A stretch of 64,000 bases of DNA from Bacteroidota bacterium (GTDB lineage Bacteria > Bacteroidota > Bacteroidia > AKYH767-A > OLB10). Shown in pieces: positions 1 through 11,492 of this stretch (the first letter of the stretch is position 1; each line of letters opens with the position of its first letter). The stretch is from contig JADKIC010000011.1 of NCBI GenBank assembly GCA_016721435.1, forward strand, positions 13,446 to 77,445. The letters run 5' to 3'. Under the pieces are notes generated by a model. It was given only the letters and a program-made list of their open reading frames with translations, had not been told where the DNA came from and did not search any database. Made by a program: the position numbers and the translations under genes.

Positions 1-2042
1 GGACCAAAGAGCAATCTGAAGTAGCTCAAAAGCTTTTTGGAATCGGGAAAGCCATGGAAGCGTTGTCAGATTTAACCATTGTTGATAAAGAGAAGGCCAT
101 TGCCACTTTAAAATCTGCTTACGCAGAATGGGAATTGCGTCTGGATGGTCAAAACAAAAAACTTTTACAGCAATTACCTGTCAAGATAAAATCTTATAAA
201 AGCGACTACTATATTTTTAAAGTTAGAGATAAAGAAATTAAAATTCAAACCTGGTATGAGTCGTTATCACATACCCGTATTCCGAAAGTAGCTGTTCCTG
301 ACTACGAAGCCTGGGGTGAACAACTGAAATGGATATTACAGGAGAATTTTCCGGGAGAGTTTCCTTTTACTGCCGGTGTTTTTCCCTTTAAACGTGAAGG
401 CGAAGATCCGACACGTATGTTCGCCGGTGAAGGTGGTCCGGAAAGGACGAATTACCGTTTCCATTATGTTTCCCTCGGAATGCCGGCACATCGCCTGAGT
501 ACCGCTTTCGATTCCGTTACCCTCTATGGTCATGATCCCGATTACCGACCTGATATTTATGGTAAAATCGGTAACTCAGGAGTAAGTATTTGTTGTCTGG
601 ATGATGCCAAGAAACTCTATAGCGGATTTAATCTTGCCGATCCAAAAACATCAGTGAGTATGACGATCAATGGTCCTGCTGCCATGCTCACCGGTTTTTT
701 CATGAATGCCGCGATTGATCAGCAATGTGAATTGTACATAAAAAAACATGGACAGGAAGAGTTGGTGAATGAAAAGATCAATGAGATTTATAAGAAAAGA
801 GGAGCCGTTCGTCCCCGTTATAATGGAGAATTACCAAAAGGAAATGATGGTCTCGGATTAATGTTGCTGGGTGTTACCGGAGATCAGGTGCTACCGAAGG
901 AGGTATATGAAAAGATAAAAGCAGAGACTTTATCACAAGTGCGTGGTACGGTTCAGGCTGATATCCTGAAGGAAGATCAGGCGCAGAACACCTGTATTTT
1001 CAGCACAGAATTCGCCTTGCGATTGATGGGCGATATGCAGGATTATTTTATTCGCAACAGCATCCGTAATTTTTATTCTGTTTCCATCTCCGGTTATCAT
1101 ATTGCTGAAGCCGGAGCAAATCCGATCACGCAGTTGGCATTCACGCTGGCAAATGGATTTACCTATGTAGAATACTATGCCAGCCGTGGAATGGACATCA
1201 ATGCCTTCGCACCTAACCTCAGCTTCTTCTTCAGTAATGGAATTGATCCGGAGTATTCGGTTATAGGTCGTGTGGCGAGACGAATCTGGGCCAAGGCAAT
1301 GAAATTAAAGTACAATGCCAATGAAAGAAGTCAGATGTTGAAATATCATATACAGACATCAGGCCGCTCCTTGCATGCACAGGAAATTGATTTTAACGAT
1401 ATCCGGACTACACTTCAGGCTTTATATGCCATCTATGACAATTGCAATTCGCTTCATACCAATGCCTATGATGAAGCCATCACCACACCTACCGAAGAAA
1501 GTGTGCGACGTGCCATGGCCATACAGCTTATCATCAATAGAGAATTAGGTCTTGCCAAGAATGAAAATCCATTGCAAGGTTCATTTATTATAGAAGAACT
1601 TACCCGATTGGTGGAAGAGGCCGTTTTAATGGAGTTTGATCGCATTACAGAACGAGGCGGTGTATTGGGCGCTATGGAAACGATGTATCAGCGTGGAAAA
1701 ATTCAGGAAGAGTCCTTGTATTATGAAACGTTGAAACATACCGGAGAATATCCGATCATTGGTGTGAATACCTTCCTCAGCAGTAAGGGTTCCCTACTGT
1801 TATGCCGAAAAGAAGTCATACGTGCTACAACGGAAGAAAAGGAATATCAGATTACGATGTTGAAAGATCTGCACCATCGTAATTCCGACCGCTCCGCGAC
1901 TTTGCTTCGTGATTTACAGTTGACTGCTATTCAAAACCGGAATATGTTTGAAGCCATGATGGAGGTAGCGAAGTATTGCTCTCTTGGACAAATTACAACG
2001 GCTTTGTTTGAAGTTGGAGGTCAGTATCGACGCAATATGTAA
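1..2042 (+). CDS. Methylmalonyl-CoA mutase family catalytic (substrate-binding TIM-barrel) domain, probably the C-terminal part of an IcmF-like fused mutase. It is 5'-partial: the reading frame is open to the window edge.
   Basis: Translation carries MCM-family motifs ([37 protein letters not shown]) and ends ...GGQYRRNM with no C-terminal B12 domain, as in IcmF. No stop lies in frame upstream of the first Met, so the gene continues 5' of the window. Confidence 0.7.
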   Translation, partial: TKEQSEVAQKLFGIGKAMEALSDLTIVDKEKAIATLKSAYAEWELRLDGQNKKLLQQLPVKIKSYKSDYYIFKVRDKEIKIQTWYESLSHTRIPKVAVPDYEAWGEQLKWILQENFPGEFPFTAGVFPFKREGEDPTRMFAGEGGPERTNYRFHYVSLGMPAHRLSTAFDSVTLYGHDPDYRPDIYGKIGNSGVSICCLDDAKKLYSGFNLADPKTSVSMTINGPAAMLTGFFMNAAIDQQCELYIKKHGQEELVNEKINEIYKKRGAVRPRYNGELPKGNDGLGLMLLGVTGDQVLPKEVYEKIKAETLSQVRGTVQADILKEDQAQNTCIFSTEFALRLMGDMQDYFIRNSIRNFYSVSISGYHIAEAGANPITQLAFTLANGFTYVEYYASRGMDINAFAPNLSFFFSNGIDPEYSVIGRVARRIWAKAMKLKYNANERSQMLKYHIQTSGRSLHAQEIDFNDIRTTLQALYAIYDNCNSLHTNAYDEAITTPTEESVRRAMAIQLIINRELGLAKNENPLQGSFIIEELTRLVEEAVLMEFDRITERGGVLGAMETMYQRGKIQEESLYYETLKHTGEYPIIGVNTFLSSKGSLLLCRKEVIRATTEEKEYQITMLKDLHHRNSDRSATLLRDLQLTAIQNRNMFEAMMEVAKYCSLGQITTALFEVGGQYRRNM

Positions 2043-2095
2043 GAATTGAGAATTGAGAATTGAGAATGTAGAATTGAGAAAGTAGAATTAAGTCA
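2043..2095. repeat. Tandem heptamer array (ATTGAGA repeated about 7 times, with ATGTAGA and AAGTAGA variants) immediately after the mutase stop codon.
   Basis: Directly visible as gaattgagaattgagaattgagaatgtagaattgagaaagtagaattaag. Stop codons (TGA, TAG, TAA) occur in all three forward frames within about 40 nt. Confidence 0.5.
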
Positions 2096-2413
2096 ATCCT
2101 GCTTGCTTGAGGAGAGTTGAAAAAGGCTTATTTAGGAGATGGATGTTGGCGTTAAGGTATAGTTTATAGAGTGAGCCATTGTGATTTTGATTGGTTTGAA
2201 TGGAGATGGTTCATTTAGACTTTTTTTAATCGCTTTTAGATGTATAGTTTTACCTGAGCGCATTAATTGGGTTTTCGATTGGAACTTGAGCCACTTTTTG
2301 GTCAGCCAACTTAGCAGCCGGGTAAAATAAATATTAGAGGTTTGATTGACATTAATCATTGCATTTTCTTGAATTGATGGTTCACTTTACATTGAAATAA
2401 AATCATCAAACCC

Positions 2414-3286
2414 ATGAAAAAATCCTTACTTCTGATTGGAATTTTTATAAGTGCTATGGCAATTGCGCAAAATCCTGTCTTAAATCCGTCCTTTGAAAAC
2501 TGGACATTGGGTGAACCGGATGAGTGGACCACCAATAATGCTCCCGGTTTTTCTGTCCCGATACAGCAAAATAATACCGGACATACCGGAAACTTTGCTG
2601 TAAGTGGATTTGTTACTCAGATTGGGGTAAATACTCCCTTCCCTCCTATTTTGAACAGTACTGATTTGGCCGGTAACCCTCATCCGGTGGCAATGTCCTA
2701 TACGAATATGTCGTTTTACTACAAACTGAATTTGACAGGTAGTGGTGAATTTTTTAATGCAGGTGTTGTAATTTCTGATGTTTCTCAATCAGGAATTGGC
2801 GGTGGAGTGCAGCAATTCTTTAGTACTGCCAATACCAACACTTTTGCACTGGCCAATGTTCCGATTTCATATATTCCGGGTGGTACTCCTGCCGGTGCTA
2901 TTATTACCTTTACTATAAGTGATACACTCTCGGGAGCCGGATTACAAATAGGATCCTATTTCAGACTGGATGATGTGAGCTTGAATTTTGCTTCTGGAAT
3001 TCAAGATAATCAAAATGCAAATTTCATATTTAATCCATATCCTAATCCCGCGGTTAACTTTATTAATCTCCCCTTCTCTATTGAGGGAGGAAAGAACTAT
3101 TCACTTTCTATTTATGATATAAGCGGTAAAGAGGTGCGCAAGTTGGAGTATTTGAACATGCCTAAAGGGTCCTATAAGGAAATTGTAGATATTTCCACAT
3201 ATGAATCAGGTATATATTTTGCCACTTTGAAAGTGGGTAATCACCATTTGGGATCAGCATCATTCACAGTGATAAAAAATGAATAA
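2414..3286 (+). CDS. Secreted hypothetical protein with an N-terminal signal peptide and a T9SS C-terminal sorting domain.
   Basis: N-terminus MKKSLLLIGIFISAMAIAQ. C-terminal roughly 80 aa (NFINLPFSIEGGKNYSLSIYDISGKEV...GIYFATLKVGNHHLGSASFTVIKNE) follows the Por/T9SS CTD pattern. Confidence 0.7.
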   Translation: MKKSLLLIGIFISAMAIAQNPVLNPSFENWTLGEPDEWTTNNAPGFSVPIQQNNTGHTGNFAVSGFVTQIGVNTPFPPILNSTDLAGNPHPVAMSYTNMSFYYKLNLTGSGEFFNAGVVISDVSQSGIGGGVQQFFSTANTNTFALANVPISYIPGGTPAGAIITFTISDTLSGAGLQIGSYFRLDDVSLNFASGIQDNQNANFIFNPYPNPAVNFINLPFSIEGGKNYSLSIYDISGKEVRKLEYLNMPKGSYKEIVDISTYESGIYFATLKVGNHHLGSASFTVIKNE

Positions 3287-3375
3287 ATCAGTCGATGATT
3301 TCTATGAAAACGATCGCGGGCTTACTCGAAAATATTAATTTCCGAATTCGATATAATTTTGATTAATTTAGACCT

Positions 3376-4218
3376 ATGAATAAAAATAGTTTATTTAAAG
3401 TTTACCTGCGAATTTGTTTGTTTGTTCCACTGAGTGGGAATGCTCAAACTCTACCTGCAACCGAGAATGGAAGTGTACTTTCAGAAATTTTTATTCTTTC
3501 CGGAAGTGCATCCGGAAAAAGTACGGTATTTAGTGTGCAGGAATTAAAATCAATGTTGCCGCAGTCATCATTATTAAAGGAAAATTTTAGCGACTTTAAA
3601 AGCTCAGGTGATGGAATATGGAATAAACAATCCTACTTTGGTATACAACTTGGGACAGTTACCGGAAAGTCGCGTCAGGAAAGGGGAAACAATCTCCCTT
3701 CTTCGTTTTGGAATTAGCTATGAAAGTGGCGAGTATATGAATAGCTTATTAAGTAAGAGACTTCTTTTCGTTATGATACTTTATATAATACGCAAGGGCA
3801 GATCGTTTATTTGCGTGATTCTACCCGTGAGGATCATTGTAATATTAGTTTCTCTTCTTCTATAATCAATGCTGAGTTTTCAGTTCTCCTACGTACGAAT
3901 ACGGAGCGACGGTGGATGTTTTATGCCGGTGCAGGCATTTCCGCAGGCATCTCCTTTAACAATTTGTATCAGGTAGAGCGATATACCATGAATTATCTGG
4001 AGGAGTATCTTATTTCTGAAACTAACAACAGCAATAATTCATCTCACTATAAACGAGAAAAGGATGATTTGACCTCCAAAAAAAGTGAATTTCTAAAGAA
4101 CTTCCATCTTTTTTCAGAATTTCGGCCGGGAGTTAAAGTTTTAGATATTCAGGAAGGCTCAACAATAACAGGCACCTATTTATTGGGGACATTCGGGCTA
4201 AGAACAGTATGGAAATAG
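3376..4218 (+). pseudogene. Three short overlapping ORFs (frame 1, then 2, then 1). They may be a frameshift-fragmented gene for a signal-peptide-bearing, possibly beta-barrel outer-membrane protein. Function unknown.
   Basis: ORFs 3376-3717, 3608-3865 and 3811-4218 overlap in alternating frames. The first starts with a signal-like MNKNSLFKVYLRICLFVPLSGNAQ and the last ends ...LLGTFGLRTVWK with an aromatic-rich C-terminus. No recognisable conserved domain. Confidence 0.25.
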
Positions 4219-4352
4219 TTTATAAAAGCTATTTATTTTTATAAACGGTAGCATTGATTTAGGATTTGGTTGTCGAGTGATTTATAAAGTAATGAAACTT
4301 TGAGTAAGTGATTAAATTCTCCATACAGTGAACTATGCGATTTTTGAAATTT

Positions 4353-5546
4353 CTACAAATAACTTAACCACCATTTATCTTTATTTTTTGTTTTATAGCT
4401 ATCGTACCATTTACTTAGTGGAAAGAGCAAGAGCACCACAACTATCCAAATGAAGTAGGTCGCTGGCAGATGGAAGCCCTCTCCGGCGAACAAAAAGTAA
4501 AACGGGAAAATATTACCATTGATTTGGGCTTCTGCGAGAGTGTGGCCTCTGTAAAAGTAAAATGCTGCAGTTATTAAATGGATAAGATAAATATGAGCTA
4601 TATAATAGAAAAAGGCAACGCGTCCAAAGATCATCAGGGCATCGGTTAACTTGTTTTTTACTTTTTCAAGATAGGCTAATAGTAATAGCGCAGGACCAAT
4701 AGTCATGCAGATGTATAATAACGAAGGAGGGTATTTTTCTGTATCAATAAAAGATAAAAATGAAAACACTATGTTGTTTTGAGTGCTCCAGGGCACAGGA
4801 TCACCGTATATATTGATGAAGCGAATGATGATAAAGAAAAGGATTGCAGCCACTCCTGTTTTATTTAGCAATGCTGTTCTTCTGTTCTTGGGAAAATCAT
4901 TAGCATACAATTTCCCTGCACAGAATCCGAGAATCATTAACCCTAACCAGGGCAAGAATGGATAGACAATAAATGCAGAATGATTTTCGGCAATAGAATA
5001 AGTAACAAAATGTCCATGATGGATCAGATCCCACCAAAACCCGGCTCTAAAATCGGGAGCTGATTCCGGAATATCCAGCAGGTTATGTCCAACTACCAGG
5101 ATTAAACCCAAGGTGAGCAGGAGTTTATATGGAAGACTTATAATGAATCCCAAAAGAATCATGCTGATTCCAATGGCCCATATTACCTGTAAAAAAACGT
5201 AATTATACTGTGGATTAAAAGACCAGCCCAAAGATACAATCAGTACTTCCGCTATTACTAACCATAGTCCTCTTTTTATAAGAAATGCACGTAACTCCTG
5301 AACCGTTTTGCGCTTACTTTGCAGGAAGACAGATGTTCCGGATAAGAAGACAAATACAGGGGCACAAAAGTGTGTAATCCATCGGGTAAAGAATAAAGCC
5401 GGTGTAGTTGTCGCCAGGTTGAGTGGGTCATCCACATTTGCTGAAATATGAAAGTAGTCTCTAACATGGTCGAGGGCCATTATCACCATGGCTAATCCCC
5501 GGAGGATATCTATGGATTCAATTCGCGTTTTACTAATCGAGCTCAT
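4353..5546 (-). CDS. Polytopic membrane protein of the DUF1624 / heparan-alpha-glucosaminide N-acetyltransferase-like family.
   Basis: N-terminal motif SIDILRGLAMVIMALDHVRDYFH is typical of this family, followed by about 10 hydrophobic segments. Confidence 0.55.
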   Translation of the reverse strand: MSSISKTRIESIDILRGLAMVIMALDHVRDYFHISANVDDPLNLATTTPALFFTRWITHFCAPVFVFLSGTSVFLQSKRKTVQELRAFLIKRGLWLVIAEVLIVSLGWSFNPQYNYVFLQVIWAIGISMILLGFIISLPYKLLLTLGLILVVGHNLLDIPESAPDFRAGFWWDLIHHGHFVTYSIAENHSAFIVYPFLPWLGLMILGFCAGKLYANDFPKNRRTALLNKTGVAAILFFIIIRFINIYGDPVPWSTQNNIVFSFLSFIDTEKYPPSLLYICMTIGPALLLLAYLEKVKNKLTDALMIFGRVAFFYYIAHIYLIHLITAAFYFYRGHTLAEAQINGNIFPFYFLFAGEGFHLPATYFIWIVVVLLLFPLSKWYDSYKTKNKDKWWLSYL

Positions 5547-5799
5547 GCATTTTATTTATCTGATTAGCTATTTTTCGGAAAGGCATTTAAGAATGATTTT
5601 TTTAAGTGTATGTAATTTAAATTGTCGAAAAAAGACATAATCGAAGATAAACAAAGTTACAAGTGAAATTTTAAAATGAAAAAAGCCCCACCATGATAGT
5701 GAGGCTTTTATAAATCCGTTCAGTTTTTGAATCTAGTGGGCACTCAACAGGTGGTGATCTAAATGTATAACTGATAGGTTGCTGTATTCCATAATTCGA

Positions 5800-7682
5800 T
5801 TACTTAGCTACAGAGAATCTCTGTGTAAAGGATTTGCCATTGGCAGTTACCATTACAGAATAGATTCCTTTAGCAAAACCGGACACATCAACTTTTACAA
5901 TTTCATTCACATTGGTCAGCGTTTTTACCAAGCTACCTACAGAATTATAAATTTCAATGTGTGCATTTTTAACGGTTTCATCTAAACGAATATTAATTTC
6001 AGAAGATGCAGGTGAAGGGTACAGGGCGATGAGTGTTGAGTTGGTTTCGATTTCATTAATGGCAGTTGGTGTGCCAAAATTCATACGTAAGTTGTAAGTG
6101 ATAAAGAAATTGAAATCATCTGCAGATGCCCAGCCATTTACAGCAGGTGGCGGAATGGTGTTCCAGCTTACCCAAACTGTTTGGGGAGTTACAAGTTGAG
6201 TTGTAGTACCAAGAGTAAGTGTAGAATCCACTTCATGAACGCCTACAAAATACAAACCGAGGTAAGTGGTAAACTAGCTCCGTCGATGGGAAGTGTAAAC
6301 CATTCGCCGCCGGTAGCAATCTGACCAGGTAGAAAGATCAAGCTATCCGTGGTTGCCAAAACAGTATTGTTAGGTGCTGATCCCGCTGTTTGTGCATGAA
6401 TTGTAGCATAAATTGGAGTGCCGGCAGGATTTGGACTAAAATTATCTCTCATGAAGAAAGACACAGAAGTCAATGTAGTTGCGTTAGCGATTTCAAAATT
6501 CTGACCCACAATACCATCAGCAGGACCTGCTCCAATTCCTAATGAACCGGAAGTCTGGTTGTCATCACGGGCATAAATTGAATCCGAGAATGTTGTTGAA
6601 CTACCTGTAATGATATCATTAGAAGAATTTCCATCACCGGGGAAGGATACAGTTAACCTTCCACGAAGCAGCAGCTGAAGAAGGTGTAAAAGTATTTGTA
6701 GTTGATAAAATGCAGTTGCACCTGCATTAATGGCTGGTAAATTAACAGTTTCGTTAAACACTACCGCTGAAGTCAGGGTATCAAATATTTCAAACAATGC
6801 TGTACCGCCTGTAGTTGCATTGATACCATTATTTTTTACTTCACCACTTAGACTTATAGGAGAAGCCTGGTTCAAAGGAATTATCGTGTACTGTGGATTT
6901 AAACCGCTTACATTCATTGATTGAATATCGAAGGCAGATGGTGTAAACACATCTAGTTGATCAATACCGATAATATCACTATTGGTACCCTGTGGACCAC
7001 CATCGGCAACCGTATAGCGAATAGCGAATCGTGCAGTGGTTCCATTTGCAGGTGCAATGAACGAATTTAATAACCAAGCTCCGGTAATGTTAACTTTAAA
7101 TCGTCCAAGTTCAACCCATGAGAGATCCTCAGGTACGGAATCTCCTACGGCAGAGTACATCACACGAATAGAATCCGGGAACGTTGAATTTAGAAATGAG
7201 CGGGAATAGAAGGATATCACATCACCTGATACAATATTTAATGCAGGTAGTACCAACCAATTGTCAATGTCATTAGCTCCGGTAACGGAATTGAAATTCG
7301 AATGAACAAATTCATTTGTTCCTCCGTTGAAATCACCCCAATTCGTTACGTTTCCCTGAAACCAGGCTGCAGTTGTTCCTGCAGGACCTGTACCACGATA
7401 ATAAGGCAAATAACCTCTGGCTTCCAATCCGGCAATATCATTGGGTAAGCTGAAGTCATCACTATAGGCTACTGCTACTGAAGGCATTCCGCCATTTTTT
7501 GGTAACGCCTGATTACTGGTGTAAGTGGTTCCGCTCACCGCATTAACAAATGCATTCGGAGCATTGGTTACAATTTTTTGTGAACGACTCAAAGTTGCTG
7601 GTACGGTATTGTTAACTGACTGACTAAAAGCCTGTGAGCTTACAATTCCCGTAAGAAGGAGAATTAGTTTAAGTTTTTTCAT
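5800..7682 (-). CDS. Large secreted protein with signal peptide and T9SS C-terminal domain. It is read as two ORFs overlapping at 6243-6255, so one frameshift.
   Basis: N-terminus MKKLKLILLLTGIVSSQAFSQ in ORF 6243-7682. ORF 5800-6255 is a typical T9SS CTD (LIALYPSPASSEINIRLDE...GIYSVMVTANGKSFTQRFSVAK). Adjacent, same strand, overlapping frames. Confidence 0.6.
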
Positions 7683-7979
7683 TAGTTATTATTTGTGTTT
7701 AAGATTTGAATTACATTTTAATTTTTGAATGGATATACTCAAAATGGTATACTGAATATTACCGTATTTTTCTTAAGTCATTAAGTTCATTTCCAGATAA
7801 TTAGTCAGAACTTTTTTGACTATAATATGTATGAGCGTTTTTAGATTAAAAAAATTTGGAACACAAAATTAGTTAAAATGTCACGATTTCACGGTAATCC
7901 CTCCACATATTTTTGTCGAGTAGCTTGTTGTAAACTGATTATCCGGGAAATGATTCTTTATTAGATGGATACAATGAAT

Positions 7980-9099
7980 TTAATCTTCCAGCCATCTGCT
8001 TAAAAACACATCGTACACCCACCACCTTCCATCATCTTCAAAAATCATCTCTTTCTCCTGAAGAGCTAATAATGCTGTTTGGACGGAACTTGGCGTTCCA
8101 AGATCATTTTTCCTGATGAATTCTGCACCCATTACCAATCGAGCGCCCTTTTCATGTGCAATGCCCTTCAATAGAGTCCATTGATTGGAAGTTAAAAGTT
8201 TTCGATAATTAAAATAGACCGGTTGATTTTCCTGAAGAATTTCCTGAAATAATCGTTCAATGTACCATTCATCAGGTTGCTTGATTCCCCGGGCAAATAA
8301 GCGGTTGCAAACGAGTTGTACATAGTAGGTATGGTGTCTGCACCAGTCGAGGATTCGTTCTGCATTTTCAAATGTTATTTTACGTCGTGCTTCAGTAAAT
8401 TTTTCAACAATAAATGTGGCATATGTTTCATGTTCTATTGGCCCCAGTTGCATCATGTCCGTACTTTGATAGAAAGGGCGACCTTGATCTCTGAACATCG
8501 CCTGTAACATACTGCTATGGCTTCCTGAGAAAATGAACCGTATATTTTCGATCGCTGTACAAATGTCCGAAGCAACGCCTCGGTGTTTTCTCCTTGTATT
8601 CTGTTATTTGCTGAAATTCATCTAATGCTATGACGAGCTGTTGTCCGCTCCGTTCAAGGTAGGTGAAGACCTGATCCAGACTATGTTCCGCTTGAAAGTT
8701 AGTATCCAGCGTGAACTCTACAGAGGGCGCACCGCTCAGCGGATCATACTGAATAACAGGACGGAGATGTGTGAAAAAGTTGGCAAGTTCACGCATTAAC
8801 TTGATATGGTTATTGTCCAATTTTCCCAATGTATGTTTCGCAAGACTTCGTATCAGATCTGCCTGTGATTGTGTGGGGTATAAATCGATATAGAAACAAC
8901 GAATACTTTTCTTCTTATTCAATTGTTCAAATACATGCTGAATAAGCCCGGTTTTCCCCATTCTTCGCAAGGCAGTCAGCGTGGTGTTACGGCCGTTTTT
9001 TATCGCTTCTATAAGTCTTTCTGTTTCCGATTCCCTGTCGCAGAAATAATCACTTCCCACGTAGGTGACTACCGGAAATGGGTTTTCAACTTTATCCAT
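7980..9099 (-). CDS. AAA+ ATPase of the archaeal-ATPase (PF01637-like) plus DUF234 family, split into two ORFs by a frameshift near 8512.
   Basis: Walker A variant LTALRRMGKTGL in ORF 8515-9099. A DUF234-like C-terminal region lies in ORF 7980-8510. A stop and the next start are separated by 4 nt in different frames. Confidence 0.6.
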
Positions 9100-9217
9100 T
9101 TTTTATGTAGATTGCATTACGTAAAGTACGGAATTTATTTTCGATAATCAAAATGGTTCATTTCATTCCAAAAATCCTATTGAGCAAGGCTATGATATAG
9201 AGCACTCTCCCAGTTAG

Positions 9218-9994
9218 ATGAAAGGGCTTTGCGCAGAAGTAAAGTCTGTTTTATTTTATCAGTGCCGGTTTCTGGTTATCCTGTTTCTTTGGGCGTTGGC
9301 AAAATTGGTTCTTCCTTTCTTGTTGCCTCAAATACAAATTTATCTTTGCCCCGTGAAGTCCTCAACACCTCAGGAGATTACTCCTGCCCTCCTCTCTTAT
9401 CTTCAGGGTTTCCTTCTGGATGAGCGAAAGCAGCGTTTTGAAGAAGTGATGGAAAAGAGAACACGGCATCTCACTTGTGTCTTAGAGAATATAGTGGATC
9501 CCCATAATGCCAATGCAGTGATGCGTTCCTGTGAATGTTTCGGTATTCAGGATGTTCACATTATTGAAAATGGAGCGAAATTCAAACCGGCAAAGAAGGT
9601 GCTGCAGGGTGCTCATAAATGGTTGACTGTTCATCGCTATAATGGATCGTTAAATAATACGAAGCAATGTATGGACTTGCTTCATGAAAAAGGCTATAAA
9701 ATTGTTGCGACATCTCCGAAGGATGGACACCCTTCTATTCATAATATCGATTTAAGTGTTCCAATAGCAGTGGTAATGGGACAGGAAAATATTGGGATTT
9801 CGGAAATCGTAAAACAAGAGGCCGATGCCTTCGTCAGGATACCCATGCAGGGTTTTACGGAGAGTTTGAATATTTCAGTGGCGGGCGCTATTCTTTTGCA
9901 GGAGTTAAGTCATCGCATCAGAAACACAACCGGTATCAACTGGAGTTTGAGTGAAACGGAGAAAAAGATGATTTACGAGCAGCTTGGACATTAA
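9218..9994 (+). CDS. SpoU/TrmH-family RNA 2'-O-methyltransferase. The true start is probably internal, around 9350-9450, possibly a GTG.
   Basis: Translation from about 9420 aligns with TrmH (ERKQRFEEVMEKRTRHLTCVLENIVDPHNANAVMRSCECFGIQDVHII...ESLNISVAGAILLQEL). The N-terminal 60 aa of the listed ORF look non-native. Confidence 0.7.
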   Translation: MKGLCAEVKSVLFYQCRFLVILFLWALAKLVLPFLLPQIQIYLCPVKSSTPQEITPALLSYLQGFLLDERKQRFEEVMEKRTRHLTCVLENIVDPHNANAVMRSCECFGIQDVHIIENGAKFKPAKKVLQGAHKWLTVHRYNGSLNNTKQCMDLLHEKGYKIVATSPKDGHPSIHNIDLSVPIAVVMGQENIGISEIVKQEADAFVRIPMQGFTESLNISVAGAILLQELSHRIRNTTGINWSLSETEKKMIYEQLGH

Positions 9995-10052
9995 AAAATT
10001 TATATAGAAACGAATTACTTATAGAACGGTTTTACCAGGACCGTGAAAACAC

Positions 10053-10722
10053 ATGATACCATTTATTGATATACATAGTCATCATCAACCATCTGAAGGA
10101 ATATTGGCGATACAAAATATTTTAAATCCGGATGTAGCCGCACCTTTGTTGGAAAAGGAAGGATTGTATTCCATCGGAATTCATCCACGTCATATTCATC
10201 CTGATCATTGGCTGGATGATGTCACTACATTAAAGGAATATATCCATCATCCTAAAGTGCTGGCTATTGGCGAAGCAGGACTGGATGGTCTTACTGATTT
10301 GCCTTTATCGTTGCAGGAAGATGTATTTATAGCCATGGTGCAATTGTCAGAGGAAGCGAAAAAGCCATTGATCATCCATTCGGTGAGGACACACCATGAG
10401 ATTTCCATCATACATCGGAATCTGAAACCTGCACAGCCTTGGATTTTGCATGGTTTTAATGTAAAATACAATTGCGAAGGGTATGATTAGCCATGGTCTT
10501 TATTTATCTTTTGGAGAATCCTTACTAAAACATCATTCCCCTTCTGCGGAGGTGGTGTCATCTATGCCACTTGATTTACTTTTTATTGAAACGGACGATA
10601 AACAGATCGATGTGAGGGAGCTTTACCAACGTGTAGCTACACTGCGTGATCTGGGGATGGAAATTTTAAAGAACGATATATATCAGCGCTTTTGTAAGAT
10701 ATTCGGCTATGCAGGAACGTAA
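10053..10722 (+). CDS. TatD-family metal-dependent hydrolase (DNase), split by a frameshift near 10485.
   Basis: MIPFIDIHSHH...GIHPRH...AIGEAGLD...IIHSVR...ILHGFN motifs in ORF 10053-10490. The TatD C-terminus (LDLLFIETDDKQ...) is in overlapping ORF 10483-10722. Confidence 0.65.
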
Positions 10723-11443
10723 GTGGCTTTCGCGTACAGAATTATTGGTGGGTTCGGAAGGACTTGATCGTTTACAACAGGCACATGTACTGATTATCGG
10801 TCTTGGTGGCGTCGGTTCTTATGCGGCTGAATTTATTGCCAGGGCCGGCATTGGAAAAATGACTATTGTTGATGGCGACGATGGGGAAGCAAGTAACCGA
10901 AATCGTCAGTTACCCGCGTTGGCAACAACCGAAGGTCAATCCAAAGCTTTGTTAATGGAAGAACGTATCAAAGCGATCAACCCGGAAATAGAAATTCACG
11001 TCATTCCTCATTTCCTGATGCCGGATGAAGTGGAAGAAGTGTTTAGCCGTTCTTTTGATTTTGTTATTGAAGCCATTGATAGCATTACTCCGAAGGCGAC
11101 AGTTATTTCCACTGCGGTGATGAAAGGCCTTCCCATTGTAAGCAGCATGGGTGCCGGTGGAAAGCTGGATCCAACTAAACTGGAAGTAGCTGATATTTCA
11201 AAAACACATACTTGTCCTTTTGCTCAATATGTGCGCAAACGATTAGGAGTACTCGGTATCCGCACCGGAGTAAAAGCAGTATTCTCTACGGAACATGTCA
11301 TCAAAGAATCGCTCATGCTGACAGATGGCAGTCGGTTCAAGAAATCTGCATATGGTACGATCTCCTACCTGCCGGCCACATTCGGTGCTGTTTGTGCTTC
11401 TGTAGCCATCCGTGAAATACTAAGTAAAAAGAATAACTCATGA
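10709..11443 (+). CDS. tcdA: tRNA threonylcarbamoyladenosine dehydratase (TcdA/CsdL), ThiF/MoeB E1-like fold.
   Basis: Rossmann motif VLIIGLGGVGSYAAEFIARAGIGKMTIVDGD and overall TcdA-like sequence. Overlaps the end of the TatD gene by about 14 nt. Confidence 0.75.
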   Translation: MQERKWLSRTELLVGSEGLDRLQQAHVLIIGLGGVGSYAAEFIARAGIGKMTIVDGDDGEASNRNRQLPALATTEGQSKALLMEERIKAINPEIEIHVIPHFLMPDEVEEVFSRSFDFVIEAIDSITPKATVISTAVMKGLPIVSSMGAGGKLDPTKLEVADISKTHTCPFAQYVRKRLGVLGIRTGVKAVFSTEHVIKESLMLTDGSRFKKSAYGTISYLPATFGAVCASVAIREILSKKNNS

Positions 11444-11492
11444 AGAAGGTTATTTGAAATAAACAGGTGTCTGTGTTTTCGACAATAAAAGA